Shown here: one piece after another, positions 52,523-60,585 of the stretch
Layout of the letters: every line of letters begins with the position of its first letter
Position numbering within the stretch: position 1 is the stretch's first letter
Assembly (NCBI GenBank): GCA_964522695.1
Contig: CAZFWX010000002.1
Location: 1 to 60,585, forward strand
Source of the DNA: an uncultured Desulfobacterales bacterium
GTDB lineage: Bacteria > Desulfobacterota > Desulfobaccia > Desulfobaccales > 0-14-0-80-60-11
Reading direction: 5' to 3'
DNA: 60,585 nt
Position numbers and translations under genes: made by a program
Notes under the pieces: generated by a model
The model's database searches: none
What the model was told of the DNA's origin: nothing
What the model saw: only the letters and a program-made list of their open reading frames with translations

Positions 52523-54478
52523 ATGGAAGAACGTCAAGCCATCCGGGCCCAGGCGGACCGACGCCGCCTGCTGCCCGGCATCAACAGCCCGGCTGACCTG
52601 AAAAAGCTGAAACCGGAGCTTTTGCCCCAGGTGGCCTTGGAGATCCGGGAAAAGATCATCGAAACCGTGTCCCGCACGGGGGGGCATCTGGCCCCCAGTC
52701 TGGGGGTGGTGGAACTGACCATCGCCATGCACTATGTCTTTGATCTGCCCCGGGACACCATCGTCTGGGACGTGGGGCATCAGGCGTACGCCCATAAGCT
52801 GCTCACCGGCCGGCAGGACCGCTTCCAGACGCTGCGCCAGCACGGCGGCATCAGCGGCTTTCCCAAAAGGAGCGAAAGCCCCTACGACGCCTTCGACACG
52901 GGCCACAGTTCCACCTCGGTGTCCGCGGCTCTGGGCATCGCCAGCGGCCGCTGCCTGAAACGGGAGAAGGGCAGGGTGCTGGCCGTCATCGGCGACGGGG
53001 CCCTCACCGCGGGGCTGGCCTTCGAGGGGCTCAACAACGCCGGGGACCTGCACAAGGACCTCATCGTCGTTTTAAATGACAACGGCATGTCCATCGCCCC
53101 CAACGTGGGGGCCCTGTCGTCCTTCCTCAGCCGCAAGCTTACCGGCCGCACCATGGTCTTTCTGAAAAGGCAGATGGAGAACCTGCTGGGGTCGCTGCCT
53201 GGCATCGGCGATGAACTCTTGGCCTGGGCCAAGAAGAGTGAAGATTCCCTAAAGGCCTTTTTCACTCCGGGCATGCTCTTTGAAGCATTGAAGTTCAACT
53301 ACCTGGGGCCCGTCAAAGGGCACCGCCTGGACCACCTGATCGAGACGTTTCAAAACGTCCGCCATCTTACGGGGCCCATCCTGGTGCACGTGATGACCAC
53401 CAAAGGGAAGGGGTACCTGCCCGCGGAATCGGACCCCACCGGCTTCCACGGCCTGGGGAAATTCGATCCTGACACTGGCGAGCCCAAGAAGAGCCCGGGG
53501 GATGTGGCCAGCTACACGGAAATCTTCGGGGAAACTTTGGTGCGGCTGGCCAAGAGCAATCAGAAGATCGCCGCCATCACCGCGGCCATGCCCGACGGCA
53601 CGGGGCTGGTGGAGTTCCGCACCCACATGAAGGAGCGCTTTTTTGACGTGGGCATCTGCGAACAGCACGCGGTGACCTTTGCGGGCGGCCTGGCCGTGGA
53701 GGGTCTGCGGCCGGTGGTGGCCATCTACTCCACTTTTCTGCAGCGGGCCTATGACCAGATCATCCATGACGTCTGCCTCCAGAACCTCCCCGTGGTCTTC
53801 GCCATCGACCGGGGCGGCGTCGTGGGGGAAGACGGCGAGACCCACCAGGGCCTCTTCGACCTCTCGTACCTCCGGGCCATTCCCAATCTGGTGGTCATGG
53901 CCCCCAAGGACGAAGACGAACTGCGCCACATGCTCTATACCGCCACGGAACACCCCGGGCCCATTGCGGTGCGCTACCCCCGGGGCCGGGGCGTGGGTGT
54001 GCCGCTGTCTTCCACCTTGCAGAAAATCCCCCTGGGCAAGGGCGAGGTGCTGAGGGAAGGGGATGACCTGCTCATCCTGGCCATTGGCGCATCGGTGCAT
54101 CCCTGCCTGGAGGCGGCCGCCCGGTTGGCGGAGCAGGGCTTCAAGGCCACGGTGATCAACGCCCGCTTTGTCAAACCCCTGGATGAGGCCTTGATCCTCA
54201 GCCACGCGGCCCGGTGCGGGCGGGTGCTTACGGTGGAGGAAAACGTCATCCATGGCGGCTTCGGCAGCGCCATCCTGGAATTGTTGGCCGACCGGGGTCT
54301 GGTGGGCGTGCCGGTGAAGCGCCTGGCGGTGCCCGATATTTTCATGGAGCATGGCGCCCCCAAACTCCTGCGCCAAAAGTATGGCCTGGACGCGGCTGGC
54401 ATCATGGATAACGCCCGGGAATTGCTGGGGCAGTCGGCCCAGGCAAGCAAGAAAGTGGTGTGGGGGAACTTTACCTGA
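52523..54478 (+). CDS. dxs: 1-deoxy-D-xylulose-5-phosphate synthase
   Basis: 651 aa. [22 protein letters not shown]...[16 protein letters not shown]...GDGALTAG. Classic xseAB-ispA-dxs order. Confidence 0.95.
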   Translation: MEERQAIRAQADRRRLLPGINSPADLKKLKPELLPQVALEIREKIIETVSRTGGHLAPSLGVVELTIAMHYVFDLPRDTIVWDVGHQAYAHKLLTGRQDRFQTLRQHGGISGFPKRSESPYDAFDTGHSSTSVSAALGIASGRCLKREKGRVLAVIGDGALTAGLAFEGLNNAGDLHKDLIVVLNDNGMSIAPNVGALSSFLSRKLTGRTMVFLKRQMENLLGSLPGIGDELLAWAKKSEDSLKAFFTPGMLFEALKFNYLGPVKGHRLDHLIETFQNVRHLTGPILVHVMTTKGKGYLPAESDPTGFHGLGKFDPDTGEPKKSPGDVASYTEIFGETLVRLAKSNQKIAAITAAMPDGTGLVEFRTHMKERFFDVGICEQHAVTFAGGLAVEGLRPVVAIYSTFLQRAYDQIIHDVCLQNLPVVFAIDRGGVVGEDGETHQGLFDLSYLRAIPNLVVMAPKDEDELRHMLYTATEHPGPIAVRYPRGRGVGVPLSSTLQKIPLGKGEVLREGDDLLILAIGASVHPCLEAAARLAEQGFKATVINARFVKPLDEALILSHAARCGRVLTVEENVIHGGFGSAILELLADRGLVGVPVKRLAVPDIFMEHGAPKLLRQKYGLDAAGIMDNARELLGQSAQASKKVVWGNFT

Positions 54479-55593
54479 ACACCTGGCGGCGCAAGATCCC
54501 TCACATCTCAGGGGCGCCAGCCCGGACCCGGCGGAGATGTCCTGCCTTGGTTCTGCGGCTGGCCAAGGGCTTAGGCCGCGGTCTGGCTTTCTGCCTGTGC
54601 CTGGTCATGGTATGGGCCGGCGGGACTGCGGCTGCCGCGGGCCAGCGGGAGGTGCGCCAGCTCTTTCCCATCCAGGTCAAGGGCAAATGGGGCTACATGG
54701 ACCGGAAGGGGAAGGTGGTGATCAAGCCTGCCTTCGATTCCGCCGGGGAATTTCATGAGGGCCTGGCCTGGGTCGAGATGGATTTTAAGCGCGGTTTCAT
54801 CAATGCTGCGGGGAAGGTGGTCATTCCCCCCCAGTACACCTCCACCAATGACTTCTCCGAAGGCCTGGCCGGCGTGGCCGTGCCCGGCAAGGGCCTGGGC
54901 TACATCGACAAAACCGGCAAGATCCACATCGAACCCCACTTCGAAGCCGTGGAAAACTTCTCCGAAGGCCTGGCCGCGGTCATCATCCACAGCCGCTACG
55001 GCTTCATCGACAAATCCGGCAAAGTGGTGATCCCGGCCCAGTTCGAGATCACCTCCGAAGACATCACCTCCCCCAGTTTTGGCGGCGGCCTGGCCCGGGT
55101 GCGCCGGGAGAAAAAGGTGGGCTACGTGGACCGGACCGGCAAGATGGCCATCCCTGCCACCTATGGGGAAGGGCTGCCCTTCGCAGAAGGCCTGGCCGCG
55201 GTGAAGGTGGATGACAAGTGGGGCTTTATCGACAAGACCGGCAAGCTGGTCATCGCCCCGCAATTCACCAATGCCTTGAGCTTTGCCGAAGGCCTGGCGC
55301 CGGTGGCCGCAGGCGACCAATGGGGCTATATCGATAAAACCGGCAGGCAGGTCATCGCCCCCCAGTTCTTCCGGGCGCATCCCTTTGCCGAAGGTCTGGC
55401 CGCGGTGGAAGTGGAAGGCAAATACGGCTACATCGACGGCACGGGCCGCATGGTCATCGGCCCCCGCTTCGTGGTCACCGTGGAAGGGGACACCATTTCT
55501 TTCTGGGGCGGGCTGGCCGCGGTGGAACTGGATGAAAACCAGTGGGGATACATCGACAAAAAGGGCGAGTTCGTCTGGCTGTCCAAGGACTAA
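54460..55593 (+). CDS. WG-repeat (KWG) protein, probably secreted; start uncertain (GTG 54460 or TTG 54547)
   Basis: About nine repeats of the type [20 protein letters not shown].eFsEGLA, preceded by a hydrophobic segment [20 protein letters not shown]. Confidence 0.75.
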   Translation: MGELYLNTWRRKIPHISGAPARTRRRCPALVLRLAKGLGRGLAFCLCLVMVWAGGTAAAAGQREVRQLFPIQVKGKWGYMDRKGKVVIKPAFDSAGEFHEGLAWVEMDFKRGFINAAGKVVIPPQYTSTNDFSEGLAGVAVPGKGLGYIDKTGKIHIEPHFEAVENFSEGLAAVIIHSRYGFIDKSGKVVIPAQFEITSEDITSPSFGGGLARVRREKKVGYVDRTGKMAIPATYGEGLPFAEGLAAVKVDDKWGFIDKTGKLVIAPQFTNALSFAEGLAPVAAGDQWGYIDKTGRQVIAPQFFRAHPFAEGLAAVEVEGKYGYIDGTGRMVIGPRFVVTVEGDTISFWGGLAAVELDENQWGYIDKKGEFVWLSKD

Positions 55594-55807
55594 GAGGGCA
55601 GATTTCTTAAGAAAGGGCAAGTGGACCTTTACGCCGCCTCTTCTTGCAACCTCAGGAAAAATTTGCAAATGGAGGAAACATAGGGCGGCCGGCGCGCACC
55701 AATTATCATGTGGAGTGGGCAGTGTCCACCCATTTCTGCTCACTCCGCAATCTTCATAGTTTCTGTAAAGTTTATCAGGCGGGTGCCTCGCCCGCAGTTT
55801 GTCATAT

Positions 55808-55833
55808 CACAGGCCGGCAAGCCTGTGCCAGCC
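55808..55833 (+). repeat. REP-like unit abutting the tlyA start codon
   Basis: CACAGGCCGGCAAGCCTGTGCCAGCC ends at 55833, and the tlyA ATG is at 55834-55836. Confidence 0.65.
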
Positions 55834-56613
55834 ATGACTGAGCGCTTTGACAAGCAACCTGGGGGAAAAAAGGGGGGGAAACAACGCCTGGACCACTTGG
55901 TGGTGACCCGGGGCCTGGCCGAAACCGGGGCCAAAGCCCAGGCCCTGATCCTGTCCGGCCGGGTGTTGGTGGAAGGAGTGCCGGTGACCAAGGCCGGGAC
56001 GCCCGTGTCCGCCGACGCGCCCATCTCCCTGAAAGAGCCGCCTTCTCCCTATGTGAGCCGGGGAGGGGAGAAGCTGGCGGGCGCGCTGGACCACTTTCAG
56101 GTTGACCCCCATGATAAAGTAGCCCTGGACGCCGGGTCCTCCACCGGCGGTTTCACCCATTGCCTCTTGAACCGCGGCGCCCGGAGGGTCTATGCCGTGG
56201 ACGTGGGGTTCGGCCAGTTGGATCCCAAACTGCGCCAGGATCCCCGGGTAGTGGTGCGGGAGCGCACCAATCTGCGCACCCTTTCCCCGGAGTCCATCCC
56301 TGAGCCTGTTGATCTGGCTACCCTGGATCTCTCCTTCATCTCCCTGACCCTGATTCTGGAGAAAGTGCGCGATCTGCTGCGCCCCGGCGGGGAGGTCCTG
56401 GCCCTGGTCAAGCCCCAGTTCGAGGTGGGCAAGGGCCAGGTTGGCAAAGGCGGGGTGGTGCGGGACCCGGAACTGCAACGGCAGGCCGTGGCCAAAGTGG
56501 CGGCCGCGGCGGCAGGATTGGGATTTTGGGTGAGCGAGGCTTATCCTTCACCTTTAAAAGGTCCCAAGGGCAATCAGGAACATTTCTTGCTATTACGTCG
56601 GGGGGCAACTTGA
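55834..56613 (+). CDS. tlyA: TlyA-family rRNA 2'-O-methyltransferase (hemolysin A-like)
   Basis: RLDHLVVTRGLAETGAKAQALILSGRVLV (S4 domain) and YVSRGGEKL...LDAGSSTGGFTHCLL (FtsJ-like). The start was moved to ATG 55834. Confidence 0.85.
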   Translation: MTERFDKQPGGKKGGKQRLDHLVVTRGLAETGAKAQALILSGRVLVEGVPVTKAGTPVSADAPISLKEPPSPYVSRGGEKLAGALDHFQVDPHDKVALDAGSSTGGFTHCLLNRGARRVYAVDVGFGQLDPKLRQDPRVVVRERTNLRTLSPESIPEPVDLATLDLSFISLTLILEKVRDLLRPGGEVLALVKPQFEVGKGQVGKGGVVRDPELQRQAVAKVAAAAAGLGFWVSEAYPSPLKGPKGNQEHFLLLRRGAT

Positions 56614-56690
56614 CAAAAACGGCGGACCGATTTACTCAAGATGAGGATGCAGGGTTTCACCCGATTGGCTTACTATCGCCAGAAGTTCGG

Positions 56691-56720
56691 CAGGGCGGGA
56701 AAGCGAAGCACATCCCGCCA
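56691..56720 (+). repeat. GGGCGGGAAAGC..CATCCCGCC unit
   Basis: CAGGGCGGGAAAGCGAAGCACATCCCGCCA. Same family as 13649, 13781 and 30835. Confidence 0.7.
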
Positions 56721-56987
56721 TCCTGCCGTGATCGGGACATTGTCATAATCCAGCCGTGACCGGGGCTGAAAAACATTTATTCAGGGGGTCTTCCCTTTCC
56801 GGAAAATATTTCGGAGCCCATAAAGTATGATACAATTTACGGGGATGCAGCATCATAGGCCCGCTGCGTCCTTGCGGGAGATTTAAGCTCACGCCAAAAA
56901 TATCGATGGTTCAAGGGACGGCCGGAATAATGCCGCCGCCCCCGAGTGAATCCATACCCCAAAAACCGACGACACAGGAGCATCCAT

Positions 56988-57833
56988 ATGGACAACCGCA
57001 TTAAGACCATTTTGCTGCTGACCGGGCTCACCGTCTTCCTGGTCTTCATGGGCAAGCTCATCGGCGGCCAGAGCGGCATGTACGTGGCCTTTCTGCTGGC
57101 CCTGGCCATGAATTTCTTCAGCTACTGGTTTGCCGACAAGATCGTGCTGAAAATGTACGGCGCTCAGGAAGTAAGCCCTGCCGAGGCCCCGGATTTGCAC
57201 CGCATGGTGGAAGAACTCTCCCGGGAAGCGGGCATTCCCAAGCCTAAGGTCTGCATCATTCCCGATGAAACCCCCAACGCCTTCGCCACGGGCCGGAACC
57301 CGGAACACGGGGTGGTGGCCGTTACCGAAGGCATCATGCGCCTGCTCACGCCCACGGAACTGAAGGGGGTGCTGGCTCATGAAATCGGGCATATCCAACA
57401 CCGTGACATCCTCATTCAAACCGTGGCGGCCACGCTGGCCGGGGCCATCATGATTCTGGCCAACATGGTGAAATGGGGCGCCATCTTAGGATCATCCAGC
57501 GAAGACAATCGTGGCACGGGTCTGCTGGGCACCCTGGCGCTGGCCATTATCGCCCCCATCGCCGCCACCCTCGTGCAGATGGCCATCTCCCGCTCCCGGG
57601 AGTATCTGGCGGACGAAGCCGGCGCGCATTTCAGCCACAATCCCGAGTCCCTGGCCCGGGCCCTGGAGAAGCTGGCTTACGGCGTGCAGGCGGTGCCCAT
57701 GGACGCCAACCCGGCCACCGCGCACATGTTCATCGTCAACCCCCTGACCGGCAGCAGCCTTATGAACCTCTTCAGCACCCATCCGCCCATCGAAGAGCGT
57801 GTCGCCCGCCTGAGGGCCATGCGGAGCTATTAA
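56988..57833 (+). CDS. htpX: Zinc metalloprotease HtpX (M48)
   Basis: [10 protein letters not shown] (HExxH) with 4 TM segments. ATG 56988 with AGGAG upstream. Confidence 0.9.
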   Translation: MDNRIKTILLLTGLTVFLVFMGKLIGGQSGMYVAFLLALAMNFFSYWFADKIVLKMYGAQEVSPAEAPDLHRMVEELSREAGIPKPKVCIIPDETPNAFATGRNPEHGVVAVTEGIMRLLTPTELKGVLAHEIGHIQHRDILIQTVAATLAGAIMILANMVKWGAILGSSSEDNRGTGLLGTLALAIIAPIAATLVQMAISRSREYLADEAGAHFSHNPESLARALEKLAYGVQAVPMDANPATAHMFIVNPLTGSSLMNLFSTHPPIEERVARLRAMRSY

Positions 57834-57837
57834 GAGC

Positions 57838-58653
57838 ATGTCCCAGGGGGTTCCTACCCATTGCTGCCCCCTCATCTCCCCCTCCCCTGGCGGGAGGGGG
57901 TGGGGGCGATCAGGGCGGCGCGGGGGCCGGCTGCTGCTTACGGTGCTTACCATCGCCATCCTGGGATTACTGGCGGGGCCGGTGTGGGCCCAGGACCTCC
58001 TGTCCCAGGGGTTGGCGGCCCACAAGGCGGGAGACCACGACAAGGCCCTGGAATTGTTGAGCAAGCATCTCCAGAAATATCCCCACACCGCGGAAGCCTG
58101 GCGGGCCCGGGCGGCCTCCCTGGCGGCATTGGACCGGAAAAGCGACGCCCTGACGGACCTGAACCAGGGATTGTCGTACAACCCCCGGGAAATTGCCCTC
58201 TTGTTCGACAAGGGGAAATTGCTGGCCTCCATGGAGCGCCTGCCCGAAGCCATTGCCACCTTTTCGGCCATCCTGGCCATAGAGCCGTCCAATACCGAAG
58301 CCCTGAAAGAAAGGGGCGACACCCTGGCCCAGGATGGCAAGCTGGAAGCGGCCCTCACCGACCTGAGCCGGGCCACCGCCCTGGCCCCCACGGATGCCTG
58401 GGCCTATCAGAAGCTGGGCATGGTGCAGTTCTGCCTGGGGCAATATAAAGAGGCGGTGGCGGCGCTGAGCACGGCCATCCGCCTGAAGCCCGAAACTCCT
58501 CTCTTTTATTTCGCCCGGGGCCAGATCTACCGCTATCATCTGGACGACTACGACAAGGCACGGGAAGATTTTCAAAAAGGCTGCCAGATGGAACACCCTC
58601 TGTGCTGCCATGAACTGGAAAAGCTCAAGGACGCGCCCCCAAAAAAGCAGTAG
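57838..58653 (+). CDS. TPR-repeat protein with an N-terminal signal/anchor; the start codon is questionable
   Basis: TPR repeats from about aa 60. The first roughly 25 codons after ATG 57838 coincide with a G-rich hairpin repeat unit, so the true start may lie downstream (e.g. GTG in ...LLLTVLTIAILGLLAGPVWA). Confidence 0.7.
   Translation: MSQGVPTHCCPLISPSPGGRGWGRSGRRGGRLLLTVLTIAILGLLAGPVWAQDLLSQGLAAHKAGDHDKALELLSKHLQKYPHTAEAWRARAASLAALDRKSDALTDLNQGLSYNPREIALLFDKGKLLASMERLPEAIATFSAILAIEPSNTEALKERGDTLAQDGKLEAALTDLSRATALAPTDAWAYQKLGMVQFCLGQYKEAVAALSTAIRLKPETPLFYFARGQIYRYHLDDYDKAREDFQKGCQMEHPLCCHELEKLKDAPPKKQ
57873..57906. repeat. G-rich hairpin unit (solo) lying inside the annotated 5' end of the TPR gene
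   Basis: CATCTCCCCCTCCCCTGGCGGGAGGGGGTGGGGG. Confidence 0.75.
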
Positions 58654-58795
58654 GACGTCTGAAGACAAAAATCTCCCCCCGGCACAGGGGGGCTTTGGTG
58701 GGGCAGGCGCGAAGGATAACCGGAACCGATTTTCGCCATCAACCAGCGGAAGACGCCAAAACTGTGAGAACCCCAGTCCCAACGGAGGAAAGAAA

Positions 58796-59812
58796 ATGAT
58801 GACCAGACCCTGGCGGAGCACCTGCTTCGTTCTCTTGGCCATCCTGTTTTTCTGCACCTGGATTTTTGCCAGTGAGGCTCTGGCCGCGCGGGCCGGAGGC
58901 GGGCGGTCCATCGGCAGCCGGGGCTCCCGGCCTTCCACGGCCCCCAAAACCTACACCGCGCCCCAGACCACGCAGCCGTCCCGTCCGGGCGTCACCCCCG
59001 GGACAACAGGCCCCGGCGCCTTCAGCCGGCCCAGCACCGATACGGGCGGCTTCTGGCGCAGCGTGGGCGGCGGCGTGCTGGGCGGCCTGGCCGGCGGCCT
59101 GCTCTACCGCAGCCTCTTCGGCGGCACCCCGGCTACCGCGACCTCGGGAGGCACCGGCGCCGCCGCTGGCGGCAGCAGCATGCCGGGAATCTTCGACATC
59201 CTGATCCTGGCCGGCATCGGCTACATGATTTACCATTTCGTCAAGAGCCGGCGTAAGGAGGCCGTGGCCGAGGGACCTTCCTCTTACGCCTCCGAAGCCG
59301 CGCAGCCGGCCTACGGCGGCGCCATGCAGGCTCCGTACTACGACCAGCCGGCGCCGGACCAGGATCTGGAGCGGGGACTGGGATTCATCCGCCAGATGGA
59401 TCCGTCCTTTGATGAATTCAAGTTCAAAGAAACGGCCCAGGATATTTTCTTTAAAGTCCAGGGGGCCTGGGCCGACCGGGAATTGACTCCGGCCAAGAAC
59501 GTTCTCACCGATGAAATGTTCCGTATCCTGCAAGAGGACGCGGTCCGGCTCAAGGAAGAAGGCAGGATCAACAAGCTGGAGAGCGTGGCGGTGCGCTCCG
59601 TGGATATTTCCGAGGCCTGGCAGGAGGCGGGTCAGGACTATATTACCGTGCGGTTCCTGGCCAACCTGCTGGATTACACCATAGATGCCAAAAGCGGCGC
59701 GGTGGTGGCCGGCAGCAAAACGGAGCCGGTGAAGTTCGAGGAATACTGGACTTTTGTGCGCCCGGTGGGCAGCAATCCCTGGCAGCTTTCCGCCATTTCC
59801 CAGCCGGCCTGA
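58796..59812 (+). CDS. Tim44-like domain protein (membrane-anchored)
   Basis: ATG 58796 with GGAGGAAAG upstream. The layout is signal/TM, a Gly/Ser/Pro-rich region, a TM (IFDILILAGIGYMIYHFV), then the C-terminal Tim44-type fold motif ...AWADRELTPAKNVLTDEMF...EEYWTFVRP...WQLSAI. Confidence 0.75.
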   Translation: MMTRPWRSTCFVLLAILFFCTWIFASEALAARAGGGRSIGSRGSRPSTAPKTYTAPQTTQPSRPGVTPGTTGPGAFSRPSTDTGGFWRSVGGGVLGGLAGGLLYRSLFGGTPATATSGGTGAAAGGSSMPGIFDILILAGIGYMIYHFVKSRRKEAVAEGPSSYASEAAQPAYGGAMQAPYYDQPAPDQDLERGLGFIRQMDPSFDEFKFKETAQDIFFKVQGAWADRELTPAKNVLTDEMFRILQEDAVRLKEEGRINKLESVAVRSVDISEAWQEAGQDYITVRFLANLLDYTIDAKSGAVVAGSKTEPVKFEEYWTFVRPVGSNPWQLSAISQPA

Positions 59813-59991
59813 ACGGCGCATCGACCGAAAAGGGCAGGGGGGCGACCCCCTGCCCGACCCTCCAGCACAGCCATTCTGCACAAAAATTTTTTTCTGAAAA
59901 GGCCGCGCCGGATTGCCGCCCTCCCGGGGTTATATCAGGTAAATGCCGACAATCGGCTTCTCATCACCCCCTTCACGAGGAGATAGACAAG

Positions 59992-60555
59992 ATGCAGCGA
60001 AGGTTTTTACGGCAGGCCGCGCCAGCCTTGATGATTCTGGCGGTCATGGGCCTGGTGCTGGCCATGGCGGCCCCCTCCTGGGCCCAGCCCCGCTGGGGCG
60101 GCAAGATGGGCTCCAGGATGAACATGATGAACCTGACCCCGGAACAGGCTGGCCAGGTCTTCGATCTGCGCCAGAAGTTCATGAATGAGACCGCGGCCCA
60201 ACGGAAAGAGATGGCCGTCAAACGGGCGGAAATGATGCAGTTGTGGAAGGCCGAAAAGCCGGATGAGAAAGCCATCCTGGCCAAGGCCAAGGAACTGCAC
60301 GCCATTAAAGGCCAGCTCATGGAAAAGATGGTGGCCTTCCGCCTGGAAATGCGCAAGATCGCGCCCCAGGCTGCCTTCGGCCCCATGGGCGGCCCCGGCA
60401 TGGGTCCTGGCATGGGACCTGGTCCCGGTAAAGGCAAGGGTCCCGGCGCCTGCCTGGGAGGGAACGCTGACCAGATGGCCGGCATGGATTCCCCCGGGGA
60501 CATGGGCATGAACCTGGCCATGAGCCACGAAGCGGAGCCGGGCTTCGACTGGTAG
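59992..60555 (+). CDS. Periplasmic Spy/CpxP/ZraP-family protein (LTPEQ motif) with a Gly/Met/Pro-rich tail
   Basis: Signal peptide ...LAMAAPSWA, LTPEQAGQVFDLRQKFMNETAAQRKEM, and a GPGMGPGMGPGPGKGKGPG tail. Confidence 0.75.
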   Translation: MQRRFLRQAAPALMILAVMGLVLAMAAPSWAQPRWGGKMGSRMNMMNLTPEQAGQVFDLRQKFMNETAAQRKEMAVKRAEMMQLWKAEKPDEKAILAKAKELHAIKGQLMEKMVAFRLEMRKIAPQAAFGPMGGPGMGPGMGPGPGKGKGPGACLGGNADQMAGMDSPGDMGMNLAMSHEAEPGFDW

Positions 60556-60585
60556 GCGACCCGGTTTCCATATTTGCGTACTTTA

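Noticed and set aside
56828-56836. Extended -10-like TGATACAAT about 150 nt upstream of htpX, with a structured leader, considered as a heat-shock RNA thermometer.
   Set aside because: There is no recognisable -35, no known thermometer motif (ROSE/fourU) occluding the SD, and the evidence is a single hexamer. This is too weak to report as a feature.
59832-59855. A 10-bp GC hairpin with a GCGA tetraloop after the Tim44-like gene, considered as an intrinsic terminator.
   Set aside because: There is no T-run on the plus strand after the stem. The T-rich side faces the minus strand, where no gene ends. It may still be a stabilising 3' hairpin, but I cannot call it a terminator.

Overview
GC-rich bacterial chromosomal window. 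The gene content (ADP-forming acyl-CoA synthetases, PaaK, several radical SAM enzymes, selenocysteine use, a SynChlorMet-type cassette) suggests an anaerobic Desulfobacterota/Syntrophobacter-like organism, but that is a guess. I can support about 58 protein-coding genes, one tRNA-Val(CAC), a few intrinsic terminators and at least four families of short palindromic intergenic repeats. I saw no rRNA, CRISPR array, transposase or integrase. Most long ORFs in the track that lie antisense to these genes look like GC-driven shadow ORFs. Main items: (1) 3.5-8.4 kb holds a compact RiPP-type cassette: a PqqD-like protein, two radical SAM/SPASM maturases, a P-loop ScmC-like protein and a TM-less Ser/His-type S26 peptidase. 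It also contains an unlisted 45-aa ORF (6473-6610, below the ORF-track cutoff) with a strong SD, its own near-consensus promoter, an Ala-Ala-Ala motif and a two-Cys core. This ORF is a candidate for the unidentified precursor peptide of this cassette type. (2) msrA (25129-26079) is split in the ORF track by an in-frame TGA exactly at the catalytic Cys position (G-U-FWG), with a downstream hairpin. I read it as a selenocysteine MsrA with an N-terminal membrane anchor. (3) An in-frame LivF (ABC ATPase)-PaaK (phenylacetate-CoA ligase) fusion ORF. (4) An envelope-glycan cluster with an AT-rich tri-domain GT2-GT2-GT9 gene, a Wzt-like ATPase without a permease, and a radical SAM/SPASM gene next to a Wzy_C/O-antigen-ligase-like gene. 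(5) Dispersed G-rich hairpin units, five of them as inverted pairs (MITE-like), plus mosaic clusters of three other REP-like palindromes. The rest is housekeeping (lepA, plsY, moeA, xseAB-ispA-dxs, tlyA, htpX). All family assignments come from motif recognition by eye and none was verified by search.
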